NCBI GenBank assembly: GCA_964016885.1
Contig: OZ024765.1
Location: forward strand, 6,014,001-6,078,000
Direction: 5' to 3'
Source: Eledone cirrhosa
Taxonomy: Eukaryota
DNA length: 64,000 nucleotides
The notes beneath the pieces were generated by a model that saw only the letters and a program-made list of their open reading frames with translations, made no database searches and was not told where the DNA came from. Of this stretch, positions 28,981-44,590 are shown piece after piece. Each line of letters starts with the position of its first letter. Positions within the stretch are counted from its first letter, which is position 1. Made by a program: the position numbers and the translations under genes.

Positions 28981-31161
28981 GACTACTACTGCTACTACCA
29001 ACAACTACTACCACCAACAAAAACACCACCACCATCAGACCTCCAGTACTACTACCACCAACACCACCACCACCACCACTACCACTACCACTAACACCCC
29101 CACTACTACCACCACCACCACCACCACCACTACCACTACCACCACCACCACCAACAACAACACCGCCACCACTACCACTACTACTAACACCTCCACTACT
29201 ACCACCACCAACACCACCACCACCACTACCACTACTACTAACACCTCCACTACTACCACCACCAACACCACCTCCATTACAACCACCATCACTACCACTA
29301 CTACTAACACCTCCACTACTACCACCAACAACACAACTACCACCACCGCCACCACTACCTTTACTACCATCACCAACAACAACACCGCCACCACTACCTC
29401 CACTACCACCAACACCACCACCACCACCTCCATTACAACCACCACCACTACCACTACTACTAACACCTCCACTACTACCACCAACAGCACAACTACCATC
29501 ACTACCACCGCCACCACTACCTCTACTACCACCACCAACAACAACACCGCCACTACTACCTCCACTACCAGCACCAACACCACCACCACCTCCATTACAA
29601 CCACCACCACTACCACTACTACTAACACCTCCACTACCACCAACACCAACAACACAACTACCACCACCGCCACTACTACCTCCACTACCACCACCAACAC
29701 CACCACCACCTCCATTACAACCACCACCACTACCACTACTACTAACACCTCCACTACTACCACCAACAACACAACTACCACCACAACCACCGCCACCACT
29801 ACCTCTACTACCACCACCAACAACAACACCGCCAACACTACCTCCACTACCACCACCAACACCACCACTACCACTACTACTAACACCTCCACTACTACCA
29901 CCACCACTACCACCACCGCCACCACTACTTCTACTACCATCACCAACAACAACACCGCCACCACTACCACCACCGCCACCACAACCTCTACTACCACCAC
30001 CAACAACAACACCGCCAACACTACCTCCACTACCACCACCAACACCACCACTACCACTACTACTAACACCTCCACTACTACCACCAACAACACAACTACC
30101 ACCACCGCCACCACTACCTCTACTACCACCACCAACAACAACACCGCCAACACTACCTCCACTACCACCACCAACACCACCACTACCACTACTACTAACA
30201 CCTCCACTACTACCACCAACAACACAACTACCACCACCGCCACTACTACCTCCACTACCACCAACACCACCACCACCACCTCCATTACAACCACCACCAC
30301 TACCACTACTACTAACACCTCCACTACTACCACCAACAACACAACTACCACCACTACCACCGCCACCACTACCTCTACTACCACCACCAACAACAACACC
30401 GCCAACACTACCTCCACTACCACCACCAACACCACCACTACAACCACCACCACTACCACTACTACTAACACCTCCACTACTACCACCAACAACACAACTA
30501 CCACCACCACCGCCACCACTACCTCCACTACCATCACCAACAACAACACCGCCACCACTACCTCCACTACCATCACCAACAACAACACCGCCACCAACAC
30601 CAACACCACCACCACCACCACTAACACCCCCACTACCACCACCACCACCACCACCACCACTACCACTACTACTAACACCTCCACTACCACCACTACCACT
30701 ACCACCACCACCACCACTACCACTACTACTAACACCTCCACTACTACCACCAACAACACAACTACCACCACCGCCACTACTACCTCCACTACCACCAACA
30801 CCACCACCACCACCTCCATTACAACCACCACCACTACCACTACTACTAACACCTCCACTACTACCACCAACAACACAACTACCACCACTACCACCGCCAC
30901 CACTACCTCTACTACCACCACCAACAACAACACCGCCAACACTACCTCCACTACCACCACCAACACCACCACTACAACCACCACCACTACCACTACTACT
31001 AACACCTCCACTACTACCACCAACAACACAACTACCACCACCACCGCCACCACTACCTCCACTACCATCACCAACAACAACACCGCCACCACTACCTCCA
31101 CTACCATCACCAACAACAACACCGCCACCAACACCAACACCACCACCACCACCACTAACAC

Positions 31162-31192
<31 letters not shown>

Positions 31193-31263
31193 ACTACCAC
31201 TACTACTAACACCTCCACTACCACCACTACCACTACCACCACCACCACCACTACTACTACTAC
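28840..31263. repeat. Degenerate (ACC/ACT/AAC)n trinucleotide tract with ~534-bp higher-order duplication
   Basis: The block at ~30191-30725 repeats at ~30725-31260. Similar tracts at 13500-14150, 41910-44390, 46990-47590, 47830-48896, 57818-59270. Confidence 0.85.
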
Positions 31264-31406
31264 ACAGTCTGCATGCCGGCGCCACTCAATGCCCCGGATT
31301 TGCTGTGTCGCCGCCACAGTGGCTCGCCTCTGTGGCGGCAGAGACGGTGGTGGTGGTGGTGGTGGTGGTGGTGTGTGTGGTGTGTATATATGTGTGTGTG
31401 TGTATA

Positions 31407-31452
<46 letters not shown>

Positions 31453-31567
31453 TGTGTGTGTGTTGGTGCTTGTGGTGGGAGCCGTGGTGATGGTGGTGGT
31501 AGTGGTGGTGTGTCTGTGTGTGTATATATATGTGTGTGTGTGTATATGTGTGAAAGTATATGTGTGA

Positions 31568-31611
<44 letters not shown>

Positions 31612-33744
31612 GTGAATGTATATATGTGTGTGTGTGTGTGTTGGTGCTTGTGGTGGGAGCCACAGAGACGGTGGTGATGGTGGTGGTGTGTCTGTGTGTG
31701 TATATATGTATATGTGTGTGTGTATATGTGTGTGTGTAAATGTGTGAATGTATATGTGTGTGCGTGTGTTGGTGCTTGTGGTGGGAGGTGGGATAGCGAT
31801 GTGTGTGTGTGTGTGTGCATATATATGTGTGTGTATCTATGTGTGTGTGTTGGTGCTTGTGATGGGAGGTGGGGTAGCGATGTGTGTGTGTGTGTGTGCA
31901 TATATGTGTGTGTGTTTGTGTGTGTGTTAGTGATGTTGAGGGTGGTAGTGCGTATATATGTGTGTTGGTGGTGTATATATATATATATATATATATACAC
32001 CACCAACACACATATATACGCACTACCACCCTCAACATCACTAACATATATATACACATACAAACATCACTAACATATATATACACATACACACACACAC
32101 ACACACATATATATGTGTGTGTGTGTGTGTAAGTGGTGTTTGTGGGGATAGTGGTAGTGGTGGTGTGGTTGGTTGGTGTTGTAATGATGTTGGTGGTGGT
32201 GTTGTTGTTGTGATGGTGGCGGTGGTGTTGTAATGGTGTTGTTGTGATGGTGGTGGCGGTGGTGTTGTAATGGTGTTGTGTTGGTGGTGGTGTTGTTGTG
32301 ATGGTGGTGGTGTTGTAATGGTGTTGTTGTGGTTGCGATGGTGGAGTTGTTGTGATGGTGGTGGCGGTGGTGTTGTTGTGTTGGTGGTGGCGGTGGTGTT
32401 GTAATGGTGTTGTGTTGGTGGTGGTGGTGTTGTTGTGATGGTGGTGGCGGTGGTGTTGTAATGGTGTTGTGTTGGTGGTGGTGGTGTTGTGATGGTGGTG
32501 GTGTTGTAATGGTGTTGTTGTGATTGTGGTGGCGGTGGTGTTGTAATGGTGTTGTGTTGGTGGTGGTGTTGTTGTTGTGATGGTGGTGGCGGTGGTGTTG
32601 TAATGGTGTTGTGTTGGAGGTGGTGTTGTTGTGATGGTGGTGGCGATGGTGTTGTGTTGGTGGTGGTGTTGTTGTGATGGTGGTGGTGTTGTAATGGTGT
32701 TGTTGTGGTTGCGATGGTGGAGTTGTTGTGTTGGTGGCGGTGGTGTTGTAATGGTGTTGTGTTGGTGGTGTTGTTGTTGTTGTGATGGTGTTGTGTTGGT
32801 GGTGGTGGAGGTGGAGATAATGATCGTCGTATTATTGTTGCTGGTGGTGGTGGTGGGGTGGTTATGACGGTAGACAGGTGGGAGTGTGAGGGAGGGGAGG
32901 TGGGCAGGTGGTGATAGTGGGGTGAGAAGGAAGGGGGTAGGTGTGTAGGAGGTGAGTGAGTGTATGTAGGGAGAGGGGGTGTAGGAGGGGGAGGAGGAGG
33001 AGGTAATTGAGTAAGAAGTGATACAAGGGTGGTGGTGGGTTAGTAGAGAGAGAGAGATGGTGGTGGCGGTGGTGGTGGTAGGGTAGCAGACAGAGAGAGA
33101 GAGATGGTGGTGGTGGTGGTGGTGGTGGTAGGGTAGCAGAGGTGGTGGTGGTGGGGTAGTAGAGGTGGTGGTGGTGGTGGTGGGGTAGTAGAGAGGTGGT
33201 GGTGGTAGTGTGTGTGTGTGTGGGGGTGGGGGGGGGGGGGCTAGCAGAGAGAGATGATGATGATGGTGATGATGGTGAAGATGGCGGATAAGGAATATAA
33301 TAGAAAATAGGAGGGAGGGGGTGTAATGAATGTGTGACAGTGGGGGAGGGGGGTGACAGTGGAGGAGGGGTTATGACAGTGGAGGAGGGGGTATGACAGT
33401 GGAGGAGGGGGTATGACAGTGGAGGAGGGGGGTATGACAGTGGAGGAGGGGGGTATGACAGTGGAGAATTGGGAGGGGGGAAGAAAGACAACGAAAAATG
33501 GAGACGTTTGTTATTGTTTCTATTCTGGATTGGCAGCATAGAGTTACTGCCCTTTACGATCTAGCAACGGAATCGGTAGAGCGCCAGACGCCATGCTTTG
33601 CAGCATAGAGTTACGGCCCTTTACGGCCCGAGTTCAAATCCCGCCGAGGTTCATCAATCCGAGGTGGATAAAATAAAGTACCAGTAATACACTGGTTCGA
33701 TTTAATTGAACGAAGTTTCATTTTACATATGAAAAATATTTATT

Positions 33745-33850
33745 GCGTATCGACCTGTTACGCACGTTTCGCAGAGGATTGGTTCAAGGTGACCCATAGG
33801 AGTTATGGACCCGACTCCAGTATCAATCTGCTCCTCAGACTGGTGATGCG
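33745..33850 (-). ncRNA. Type I hammerhead ribozyme motif followed by AATAAA
   Basis: Minus strand: CTGAGGA (33832-33838), helix II GCAGA/TCTGC, GAAA (33767-33770), CGTGCG, TA; helix I atcaccagt/acaggtcgat; AATAAA at 33739-33744. Confidence 0.78.
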
Positions 33851-33893
33851 ACAAAAGATATATTTTTGTTGTGATATGTGAGCCGAGAAGGTA

Positions 33894-33971
<78 letters not shown>

Positions 33972-34253
33972 TGTCTCTTCCTCTTCCTCTATATATATAT
34001 GTTGTTGTTGTTGTTACAGCTCACACCTATGTAGGTTTGGCTGGCCTCTTCCAAGGTTGTACTTGGGTGTTTTAATGATAGGGACCCCAGTCCCTATCAT
34101 CTCATTTCTACAGCTGAGTAAACTGGAGCAACGTGAAATAAAGTGTCTTGCCCAAGGAAACAACACATCACCCAGTCTGAGAATTGAACTCAACCTTTCG
34201 ATTGCAAGGCCAATGCTCTAACCACTAAGCCATGCCCCTTCACCCCCACCCCC

Positions 34254-34301
<48 letters not shown>

Positions 34302-34512
34302 CGAAGGAATTGTGGTAAGGAACCAGATGGACCATAACGCACCAAAGTACTCAATACTTAGGGTAGTAGAGTGGGTAATAGGAACAAGTAAGACCCCGAC
34401 GGCAGAGCTGAAGCCGTTTCGATGGCTATTTCTGGACTCAGAAATAGCCGTCGAAACGGCTTGAGCTCTGCCGTCGGGGTCTTACTTGTTCCTATATATA
34501 TATATATATATA

Positions 34513-34668
34513 CTGACGATTTGGTCGGGTATCGACTGTAATTGAGGTCGAGTGACGTAACTTCTAATGATCAGCGGCTTTTAGACTCACCTGATTAATG
34601 AAACAATTGTTAATACTGTAAATAAACCCTTTTGTATAGCCGACCATGTTATTCTTCATTCTTTTGCA
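34513..34668 (+). mobile_element. Hammerhead-bearing short element family G (no fold-back), second copy at 49005-49163
   Basis: CTGACGA 34513-34519 (CCGATGA at 49005 in copy 2); helix II TTGATCAG/CTGATCAA in copy 2; GAAA, palindromic CAATTG, TT; AATAAA at 34621. Confidence 0.65.
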
Positions 34669-34670
34669 AT

Positions 34671-34734
<64 letters not shown>

Positions 34735-35012
34735 AAACGAGGTTAGGTTTTGTTCTTTTGCATGGAGTGCACTTGGGGTGAGCCACAAGTGCACCGTGTC
34801 TCTGCAACTGGCTTAGGTTTGTGTCTGACTATGTGTCTGGGGCCAGCCCTGCTGTGAGGTGCTGTGTCCGGAAGTACGTCTAGCTCCATCTGCTGTCTGG
34901 ATTCTACAAAGGAAACGCCACACACTCAATTATTCTCCTGCTAACTAAGCAGATATTTCTGCTTACAATAATATCTACACACACACACACACATATATAT
35001 GTGTGTGTGTGT

Positions 35013-36675
35013 GTGTTGCAAACTTCTAAATAGATGTTAATCAGTTGGTGTGAAGTCTGGAGAATATTGAGGGTGAAGTATAATTTCCCAGGCATATTTT
35101 TCAAGGAGATCTTTGGTATTTTGTGCAGTGTAAGGTCTAGCGTTATTATGACGGAGGATGGCTTCTTTTCTGTTTGTTAATGATGGGGGTTTTTTGTTGC
35201 AAAGCTGCTTTAAATGTCTTAGTTGTTAGTAATAGAATTCAGCTGTTATTGTTTAATTATCACCTAGCAGCTCATGATGAATTATTCCCCGTATATCCCT
35301 CCACAGACTTTCAGAATCATCTTCTATGGATGCAGGCCACTTCTGTACTTCTGAGCTGGTTCTTCACCACGACTGAGCCACTGGCAGTATCGGTAGAGGA
35401 CTGGACGCCATGCTTTCTAGCATAGTTTATACGTCCCTTTACGGTCTGAGTTCACTTTATTTTCTTGACCCCGTATCCACCATAATATTATTAATATTAT
35501 GGTGGATTGGCAGTATCGATAGAGCGTCAGACACCATGCTTTGCAGCATAGAGTTATGAGTTCAAATCCCGCCGAGGTAAACTTTGCCTTTCATCCTTAC
35601 GGGGTAGATAAAATAAAGTACCAGTAATGTACTGGATAATTGTTGGCCTTGTGCCAAAAGTAGAAACAATTATAGTAAAGTATCCTATAATGTTGAGTGA
35701 AGACGCCAGTGGCTCAGTATATATTATAATGTTGAGTGAAGACGCCAGTGGCTCAGTTTATATTATAATGTTGAGTGAAGACGCCAGTGGCTCAGTATAT
35801 ATTATAATGTTGAATGAAGACATCAGTGGCTCAGTATATAGGATAATGTTGAATGAAGACATCAGTGGCTCAGTATATACTATAATGTTGAGTGAAGACA
35901 TCAGCGGCTCAGCATATACTATAATGTTGAGTGAAGACGTCAGTGGCTCAGTCGTATCCTATAATGTTGAGTGAAGACATCAGTGGCTCAGTATATACTA
36001 TAATGTTGAGTGAAGACATCAGCGGCTCAGTATATACTATAATGTTTAGTGAAGACATCAGTGGCTCAGTCGTATACTATAATGTTTAGTGAATATGTCA
36101 GTGGCTCAGTCGTAGTGAAGAGCCAGCTCAGAAGCCTAGAAGTGCCCTTCATCCAAAGAAGAGTCTTCTGAAAGTCTGGTGGGATATACGGGGAATGATT
36201 CAATCATTATAAGAAAGTATCCATTTCTCATCTTCAATAATGGCTCAGTTCAAAAGAGGCATTTGCAGCTCACAAGAACGCAATGATGCACATCAGTCAA
36301 TACATTGTATATAATTGTATTCAGAGAGATCATACAGAACTTTAGACACTTAACCAAGCTTTTTTTAATTCCCAATGAATGTTGGTATGGCTCACAATGA
36401 AGTTTGTACTTAGTTTCTGAACTGTTATGGCCAGGTTTACATCAACAGTGGCTTCTAATGCACCAGAATCTGGTCCTTTTGAGCTCCCTTTTCTTGTTTC
36501 ACAGGCTGTAATCCCCATTTCTGATTCATAAAAACCGTCTCCTCCATGTTCTTTCAGTTACTACAGCATCTCCGTAAGTGTTTAAGCGTTATTTTACAGC
36601 TGTACTTGTTCTATTAGGTTTTTGAAATTCATAAAGAATAACACGACAAATGTATTCTTTACTTGGAGTGAACAT
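35013..36675 (-). mobile_element. Decayed mariner (DD34D) transposase with internal inverted duplication
   Basis: ATG at 36675: MFTPSKEYICRVILYEFQK..YGDAVVTERTW..NGDYSL..DEKWIL. Then 35383-35013: QWLSRGEE..LHP..GIIHHELL..HNNARPYTA..HPQYSPDFTPTD*HLFRSLQ, with 34 residues between catalytic positions 2 and 3. Many stops. Confidence 0.88.
35680..36113 (+). repeat. 39-bp minisatellite (~11 copies) derived from mariner transposase
   Basis: Unit tataatgttgagtgaagacatcagtggctcagtatatac (YNVE*RHQWLS), continuing into QWLSRSEEPAQKPRSALHPKKSLLKVWWDIRG at 36099-36200. Confidence 0.85.
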
Positions 36676-36842
36676 GGGGCCAATATAACAGCTTTAATAG
36701 AGATAAATTTGACAAAATTTGAACAAAAATAATTCAATATTTTAGTGATTTCGGCATATTCTAAATATAATTGAGAAGTTAGACGTCTTTAAATCTATCT
36801 CGAGATTTATTTGAAAAAAAAAAAAACGACCAGAACTTTCGT

Positions 36843-36880
<38 letters not shown>

Positions 36881-37281
36881 ATACTTGGGGAGGATCATAT
36901 TGTTATAATAATATTGGCAGAAATAATAACAGAATACACTCACTGTTTGGTTGGTTTTCGCTTCTGTGTCTTTTATATCTCCATATATGTATGTATGTGA
37001 TTAAAGTACAGATTAAAGTTTAAGCAAAGAATTGTTGCTTTCACCCTTAATGGGATCTTCTGAAATATTTGCCCTACGGTTCTTATATATTTTATATATA
37101 TTTATCGAGCCCTCTTTGGATTGGATTTTAGTCTTCAAATTTATTATCATTACTATTACGATCTGAGTTCAAATCCCGCCGAGGTTGACTTTGCCTTTCA
37201 TCCTTACGGGGTCGATAAAATAAAGTACCAGTAATGCACTGGATAAATTGCTGGCCTTGTGCCTAAAGCAGAAACAATTAC

Positions 37282-37381
<100 letters not shown>

Positions 37382-37667
37382 GATACATACATACATTAAA
37401 TCGACCCCAGTGCGTTGCTGATACTTTATTCTATCAATCCCAGAGGATAAAAGGCAAAGCTAACGGCTGCGGGGTTTGAACTCAGATCGCAAAGGGCCTG
37501 AACAAATACTGCCAGGTATTTGTCTGGTGTTCTACCGATTCCGCCAATAATAATATTAATGGTTTCCAATCTACGAGGCACCAGACAAGCAATTATGTAA
37601 TTGTATATAGATACTTATACACATATGTATACACATATACACACGAATCAACATTTGTGTATATATG

Positions 37668-37724
<57 letters not shown>

Positions 37725-37878
37725 GAATACTCACATAATATATATATATATATATCTACATACACACACACACACATATATATATACACATACACACACA
37801 ATTATACATACGCACACATACATATACATACGTATACATATATATATATATATATACACACACATACATATATATATA

Positions 37879-37913
<35 letters not shown>

Positions 37914-37973
37914 ATGTGTATATATATATAAATATTTATATATATATATTTAAATAATATATATATATATATA

Positions 37974-38041
<68 letters not shown>

Positions 38042-38289
38042 TATGCATATATATATATATATACACATCCGGTGTGCGCATGTTTGCGGGCACAATGAGT
38101 ACATGCGCCGGGACGAGTTAGCAGCAGACACATTCGCCATTGAATAGCAAATGTTTGCTGAGTGGCGACAGGTAGAAACCCTTTCGGACCTTCTTTTATC
38201 TGCATTGTGTTAGTGTCTTCTTGATTTATGTTCTACATTTGACCTACTGCTGCCTTTTACATTACTGTCTCCACTACTGAGTGAATGTA

Positions 38290-38517
<228 letters not shown>

Positions 38518-38684
38518 CATACATATATATATATACATATATATATATACATATATATATATACATACATACATATATATACATATATAGATATACATAC
38601 ATACATATATATACATATATATATATATACATATATAGATATACATACATACATATATATACATATATATATATATATACATAC

Positions 38685-38732
<48 letters not shown>

Positions 38733-38763
38733 TAATATATGGCCTTATTATATATACACATAC

Positions 38764-38826
<63 letters not shown>

Positions 38827-39227
38827 TATATGACCTTATTATATATACACACACACATGTATATATATATATATATATAAACATATTATAAACATATATA
38901 TTTATATACATATATATGTGCGTAGGTGGATCTACATATTGTAAATTCATGTGCAAACGTACGTATGTGCATGCGAGTCAGTGTTTATGTATATGCGATT
39001 GTGTGTATGTGTACGTGTTTCTGTGTGTGTATATCTGCTTTAGAATTACGTACAAACATGCAGACGTTGATATATATGTATATATATATGTATATATATA
39101 TATATAAATGAAAAGTATAGAAATATAAATGAATATATATATACCCGCTCTAGATAGATAGATGTATATGTATATATATATACAGGTAAAATTTCGCTAT
39201 AGCGGAATTTTACTCTGTGTGTGTGTG

Positions 39228-39265
<38 letters not shown>

Positions 39266-39328
39266 CAAATGAATGACTGAAGGAGTTACAAGGTGTTAAA
39301 ACAAGTAATTTAAAGTCATTAAACACTT

Positions 39329-39386
<58 letters not shown>

Positions 39387-39553
39387 AAAGAATGAAGAAT
39401 AACGTGGTCGGCTGTACAAGAATCGTCTGCCTAGGAACTTTCTTAAACTGGCCACCTGACTAAGGAAACTTCCTGTTGAGTCAAAACAACGCCGTACGCT
39501 GAAACTATCCTCAATACAGAATACTCATAACCTCTAACTAGATTACATTAAAC

Positions 39554-40030
39554 CAGTTGTTCCCAAACCTTTTTTTTTTTTTATCGCGGAACCCCTTGAC
39601 ATTATTTTAAAAATAATGGAACTCTTATCTACAATAAAACATATATTGAACAATGAGTTTATTTTAAACAGACATACCTCTAATATCTAAGTTGTACATA
39701 ATTTTTTAAAATAGAATGAATGTCTAATGGGAAGAATACTTCTGTTTCTTGGACATCACTATCGTTTTGAAATTTGGTACAATGCTGGATAATTGAACTC
39801 TCATATCCGGTGTGGCATCCATTTTGCTTCGATATGAAGTTTTGCTTCGATATGAAGTTTTCGTGTTAGCATATCTTGAAAATCCTGATTCACATAAATA
39901 TGTTGTTACAAATGGCAACAGTACTTTTACGACCCGTTTGGATATTTCGGGATATTCGTCACTTAGATTCCCCCAAATTTTCGCCTTACGGAACCCCAGG
40001 GTTCTGCTGAACCCACTTTGGGAACCACTG
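39554..40030 (-). mobile_element. Internally deleted hAT (Charlie-type) DNA transposon
   Basis: TIRs cagttgttcccaaa / tttgggaaccactg; 8-bp TSD cattaaac/ccttaaac; transposase C-terminus LLPFVTTYLCESGFS..DMRVQLSSIVPNF..SH*. Confidence 0.9.
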
Positions 40031-40051
40031 CCTTAAACGATACCTTGGTAT

Positions 40052-40114
<63 letters not shown>

Positions 40115-40120
<6 letters not shown>

Positions 40121-40481
40121 CAAATAGTGAAAACACTGAAATTAAACAAAATACGGGTAATTCATAGTAAAACTCATTATTTTACGATCGTTTCTGGGGG
40201 GTAGTTCTCCGTATGTTCATTCTATTAGTGATCTATGTAAAATATATTACGGAGAACTACCCCCCAGAAACGATCGTAAAATAATGAGTTTTACTATGAA
40301 TTACCCGTATTTTGTTTAATTTCAGTGTTTTCACTATTTGTATTATTTTGACTCTGCTTCCAATGAATTATATCGTTGAAATTTTGTATTTTAAACTTTG
40401 CTTCACAACATATTCTACATACAGATTACATTGAGTTCTTCATACGGCTTGGACCCTACCATTAATTGATGGATTTATCTG
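40115..40481 (+). mobile_element. Fold-back element family C in (TA)n
   Basis: Perfect ~99-bp arms 40115-40213 and 40248-40346 containing GAAACGATCGTA; tail ACATTGAGTTCTTCAT at ~40428. Confidence 0.75.
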
Positions 40482-40506
40482 TATATATATATATATATAT
40501 ATATAA

Positions 40507-40812
40507 GGCGGGTAAAATTCCCGAGATCCATGGACGAGTTCTCTCCAGCGGTCTCTGTCCCTCATTATCGTATCGCTGCCATGTCCTACGTCTCCATCAG
40601 ACCAGTGTCTATCCTTAGGGCATTAACATACGTTAACCTTGGTCTTCCTCTTCTAGTGTGTCCATGTAGGGGCTCCCACAGGAGCACTGAGTGCAATGTC
40701 AACTCTGGATGTCGGTGAGCATGTCCAGCCAACCTCAGTCTCCTCTGTGTCACTTTTGAGCTGACTTTTCGGATGCTCCCATACAGCTCTGAGTTTTTCA
40801 TCCTCAGTGTAT
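40507..40812 (-). mobile_element. 5'-truncated copy of the same RTE-group LINE
   Basis: High similarity to 16758-17060; encodes LAGHAHRHPE..LLWEP..RGRPRLTY. Confidence 0.85.
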
Positions 40813-43800
40813 ATATAAAATTATAAGTTTGAAGAACAGTCAGACAAAATATATCCAATTTTTCTCCTACTTAGTCCGTAGAAATTAACTAGATAAATAA
40901 TCATTTAAACGGAGCTGAGTTTAAAATGTAAGTTTGAAGATATAGCAGATAAATGTTAAGAGAAAATAAAGTACCAGTAATACACTGGGGTTAATTGCTG
41001 GCCTTGTGCCAAAAAGTAGAAACAATTATTTTTGTTTTTATCCCTACGCCCACACCCCGTCGCCCAATAATTTGTGATCATGTCACAGCTGCATCAGTCA
41101 CCGCCTCCATCGATATTGGATCATCTTGAACCGATAATCTAAGTGTCATCAGTTCTCCCTCTCGCCAGCCCCGCCCTACCCTACGGATCTCGTCAATATG
41201 TCTCGGCTTGCTCCTCCCCCACACCGCCACCGCCTTACTCTCGTAACTCTCACATTGGGAATGCCGCAACTACGTACGGTTGCATGTGGATGTGTGTGTT
41301 GGTGTATGTATGTATGTGTGTGTGTGTGTGTGTGTGTGGATGTGTGTGTGGGTGTGTGTATGTATGTATGTGGGTGTATGTATGTGCGTATGGGTATGTG
41401 TGTGTGTATGGTTGTGTGTGTATGTGTGTGTGTATGTGTGTGTATGTATGTGTGTGTATGGGTGTGTATGTGTGTGTATGAGTGAGTGTATGTGTATGTA
41501 TGGGTATGTATGTGCGTGTGTGTATGTTTGTGAATGTATGTGGGTGTATGTGTGTGTATACACACACATATATATGTGTGTATATATATATATATTTATA
41601 TATATATATATATATATATTATATGTGTGTGTGTGTTTATGTGTGTGTGGGGGTGTATGTGTGTATGTATGTGCGTGTGTGTGTATGTATGTATGTATAT
41701 GTGTGTATGTATGTGTATATGTAAGTGTGCCTGTGTGTGTGTATGTGCGTCTGTGTGTGTGCCTGCCTCTATATGAGTGTGTGTGTATGTATGTGTGCGT
41801 ACATCTGTCTATATAAGTGTGTGTGTGTGTGTGTGTGTGTGTACGCGTGCCTATGTGTAGAGGTATGTGCATGCCTCTGAATGTGTGTATGCGTACACGT
41901 TTCTCATCCCCACTACCACAACAACTACCACCACTACTACTACTACCACTACCACCACTACTACTAATACTACTACCACCACGACTACCACCACCACCAC
42001 TACTACCACCACCACCACTACTACTACTACTACCACCGCCACCACTACTACCACCACTACCACCACTACTACCACCACTACCACCACCACTACTACCACC
42101 ACCACTACCACCACTACTACCACCATTACTACTACTACCACCACCACTACTACCACCACCACCACCACTACTACCACCATTACTACTACTTACCACTACC
42201 ACTACTACTACCACCACCACGACTAATACAACCACCACCACCACCACTACCACAATCACCACCACTACTACAACAACCAACACCACGACTACTACCACCA
42301 CCACCACTACTACCACCACCATCACTACCACAACCACCACTACTACAACAACCGCCACCACGACTACTACCACCACCACCACCACCACCACCACTACTAC
42401 CACCACCATCACTACCACAACCACCACTACTACAACAACCGCCACCACGACCACTACCACCACCACCACCACCACCACTACTACCACCACCACCACTACC
42501 ACAACCACCACTACTACAACAACCGCCACCACGACTACTACCACCACTACTACCACGACCACTACCACCACTACTACCACAACCACCACCTACATGCCAG
42601 TCCCGACCACCACCACTATTACTACAGACGCCATCCCCCCACCCACCCGCTCCCCCACCCCTCCCCACCCCCTCACCACCACCTACCCCCACCCCCGTTC
42701 CACCACCTCTCGCCTAACCCTACCTTACCAACCAGTTGGAGACTCGATGTCTGAACCCTTATTTTTTCGACATAACTCAGGGGGCTTTCCCCGCCATTAT
42801 CAAATCTAACCACCACCACCTCCACCACCTCTTCCACCATCACTATTACTGCCTCCTCTACCACCAACACCTCCTCTATCATCATCACCACCACCACCAC
42901 CATCACTATCACCACCAACAATAGCACCAACACCAACACCACAACCACTACCACCTCAACCACCATCACCACTACCACCATAACCACTACCACCATCACC
43001 AACACCACTACCACCAACACTACCACCAACACCACCAACACCTCAACCACCATCACCACTACCACCAACACCACAACCACTATGACCAACACCACTACCA
43101 CCAACACTACCACTGCCACCATCACGAACACCACTACCACTACGACCAACACCACTACCACCAACACCACTACCACTACCACCAACACTACCACCAACAC
43201 CACTACCACTACCACCAACACCACTACCACCAACACCACAACCACCAACACTACCACTACCACCATCACCAACACCACAACCACTACGACCAAAACCACA
43301 ACCACTACGACCAACACCACAACCACTACCACCAACACTACCACCAACACCGCTATCACCAACACCACTACCACCAACACCAACACCACAACCACCACTA
43401 CCACCAACACTTCCACTATCACCAACACCACAACCAGTACGACCAACACCACAACCACTACTACCAACACTACCACCAACACCACTATCACCAACACCAC
43501 TACCACTACCACCACTACCACCATCACCAACACCACTACCACCACCACCACTACCACCAACACTACTACTACCACCAACACCACTACCACCATAACCAAC
43601 ACCACTACCACCAACATCACAACCACTACCACCATCACCAACACTACCATTGCCACCAACACCACTACCACCACCACCAACACCACTACCACCAACACCA
43701 CTACCACCAACACCACTACCACCAACACCACAACCACTACCACCATCACCACTACCACCAACACCACTACCACCACCACCACAACCACCAACACCACTAC

Positions 43801-44392
43801 CACCAACACCACAACCACTACCACCACCACTACCACCACCACTACCACCATCACCACTACCACCAACACCACAACCACTACCACCATCACCACCACTACC
43901 ACCATCACCACTACCACCATCACCACCACCACTACCACTACCACCACTACCACCATCACCAACACCACCAACACCACTACCACCAACACCACAACCACTA
44001 CCACCATCACCACCACTACCAACACCACTACCACCAACACCACAACCACTACCACCATCACCACCACTACCACCACCACTACCACCACCACCAACACCAC
44101 TACCACCAACACCACAACCACTACCACCACCACCACCACAACCACCAACACCACTACCACCAACACCACAACCACTACCACCACCACTACCACCACCACT
44201 ACCACCATCACCACTACCACCAACACCACAACCACTACCACCATCACCACCACTACCACCACCACTACCACCAACACCACAACCACTACCACCACCACCA
44301 CCACAACCACCAACACCACCACTACCACCACCACTACCACCACCACCACCACTACCACCACCACTACCACCATCACCACTACCACCAACACT

Positions 44393-44590
44393 TCAACATT
44401 CGTGAACATGACCCCGAGATACTTGAACTTCTCCACCAGCTTCACGACCATAAGTAAGGACTGGCAAGGAAACCGAATTGAAGACAGCAAGTTCCGGCTT
44501 TTACACTAACCACCCTGAATACTGAAGCTGTCACAGTACTGCACCTCCACCTGCAATTCTTGCGCTTAATTCAGCCCTCATGGACGTGGC
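44393..44590 (-). mobile_element. Rearranged RTE LINE RT fragment
   Basis: ELSARIAGGGAVL..LAVFNSVSLPVLTYG and, out of order, VEKFKYLGVMFTN. Confidence 0.55.

Noticed and set aside
28826-31567. 913-aa Thr-rich mucin-like ORF and overlapping Pro/Gly/Val ORFs
   Set aside because: Degenerate trinucleotide microsatellite that is open in several frames on both strands, with no domain or credible splice context.
42673-44509. Poly-Val / poly-Thr ORFs
   Set aside because: (ACC)n tract; only the short RTE piece at the right end is real coding remnant.
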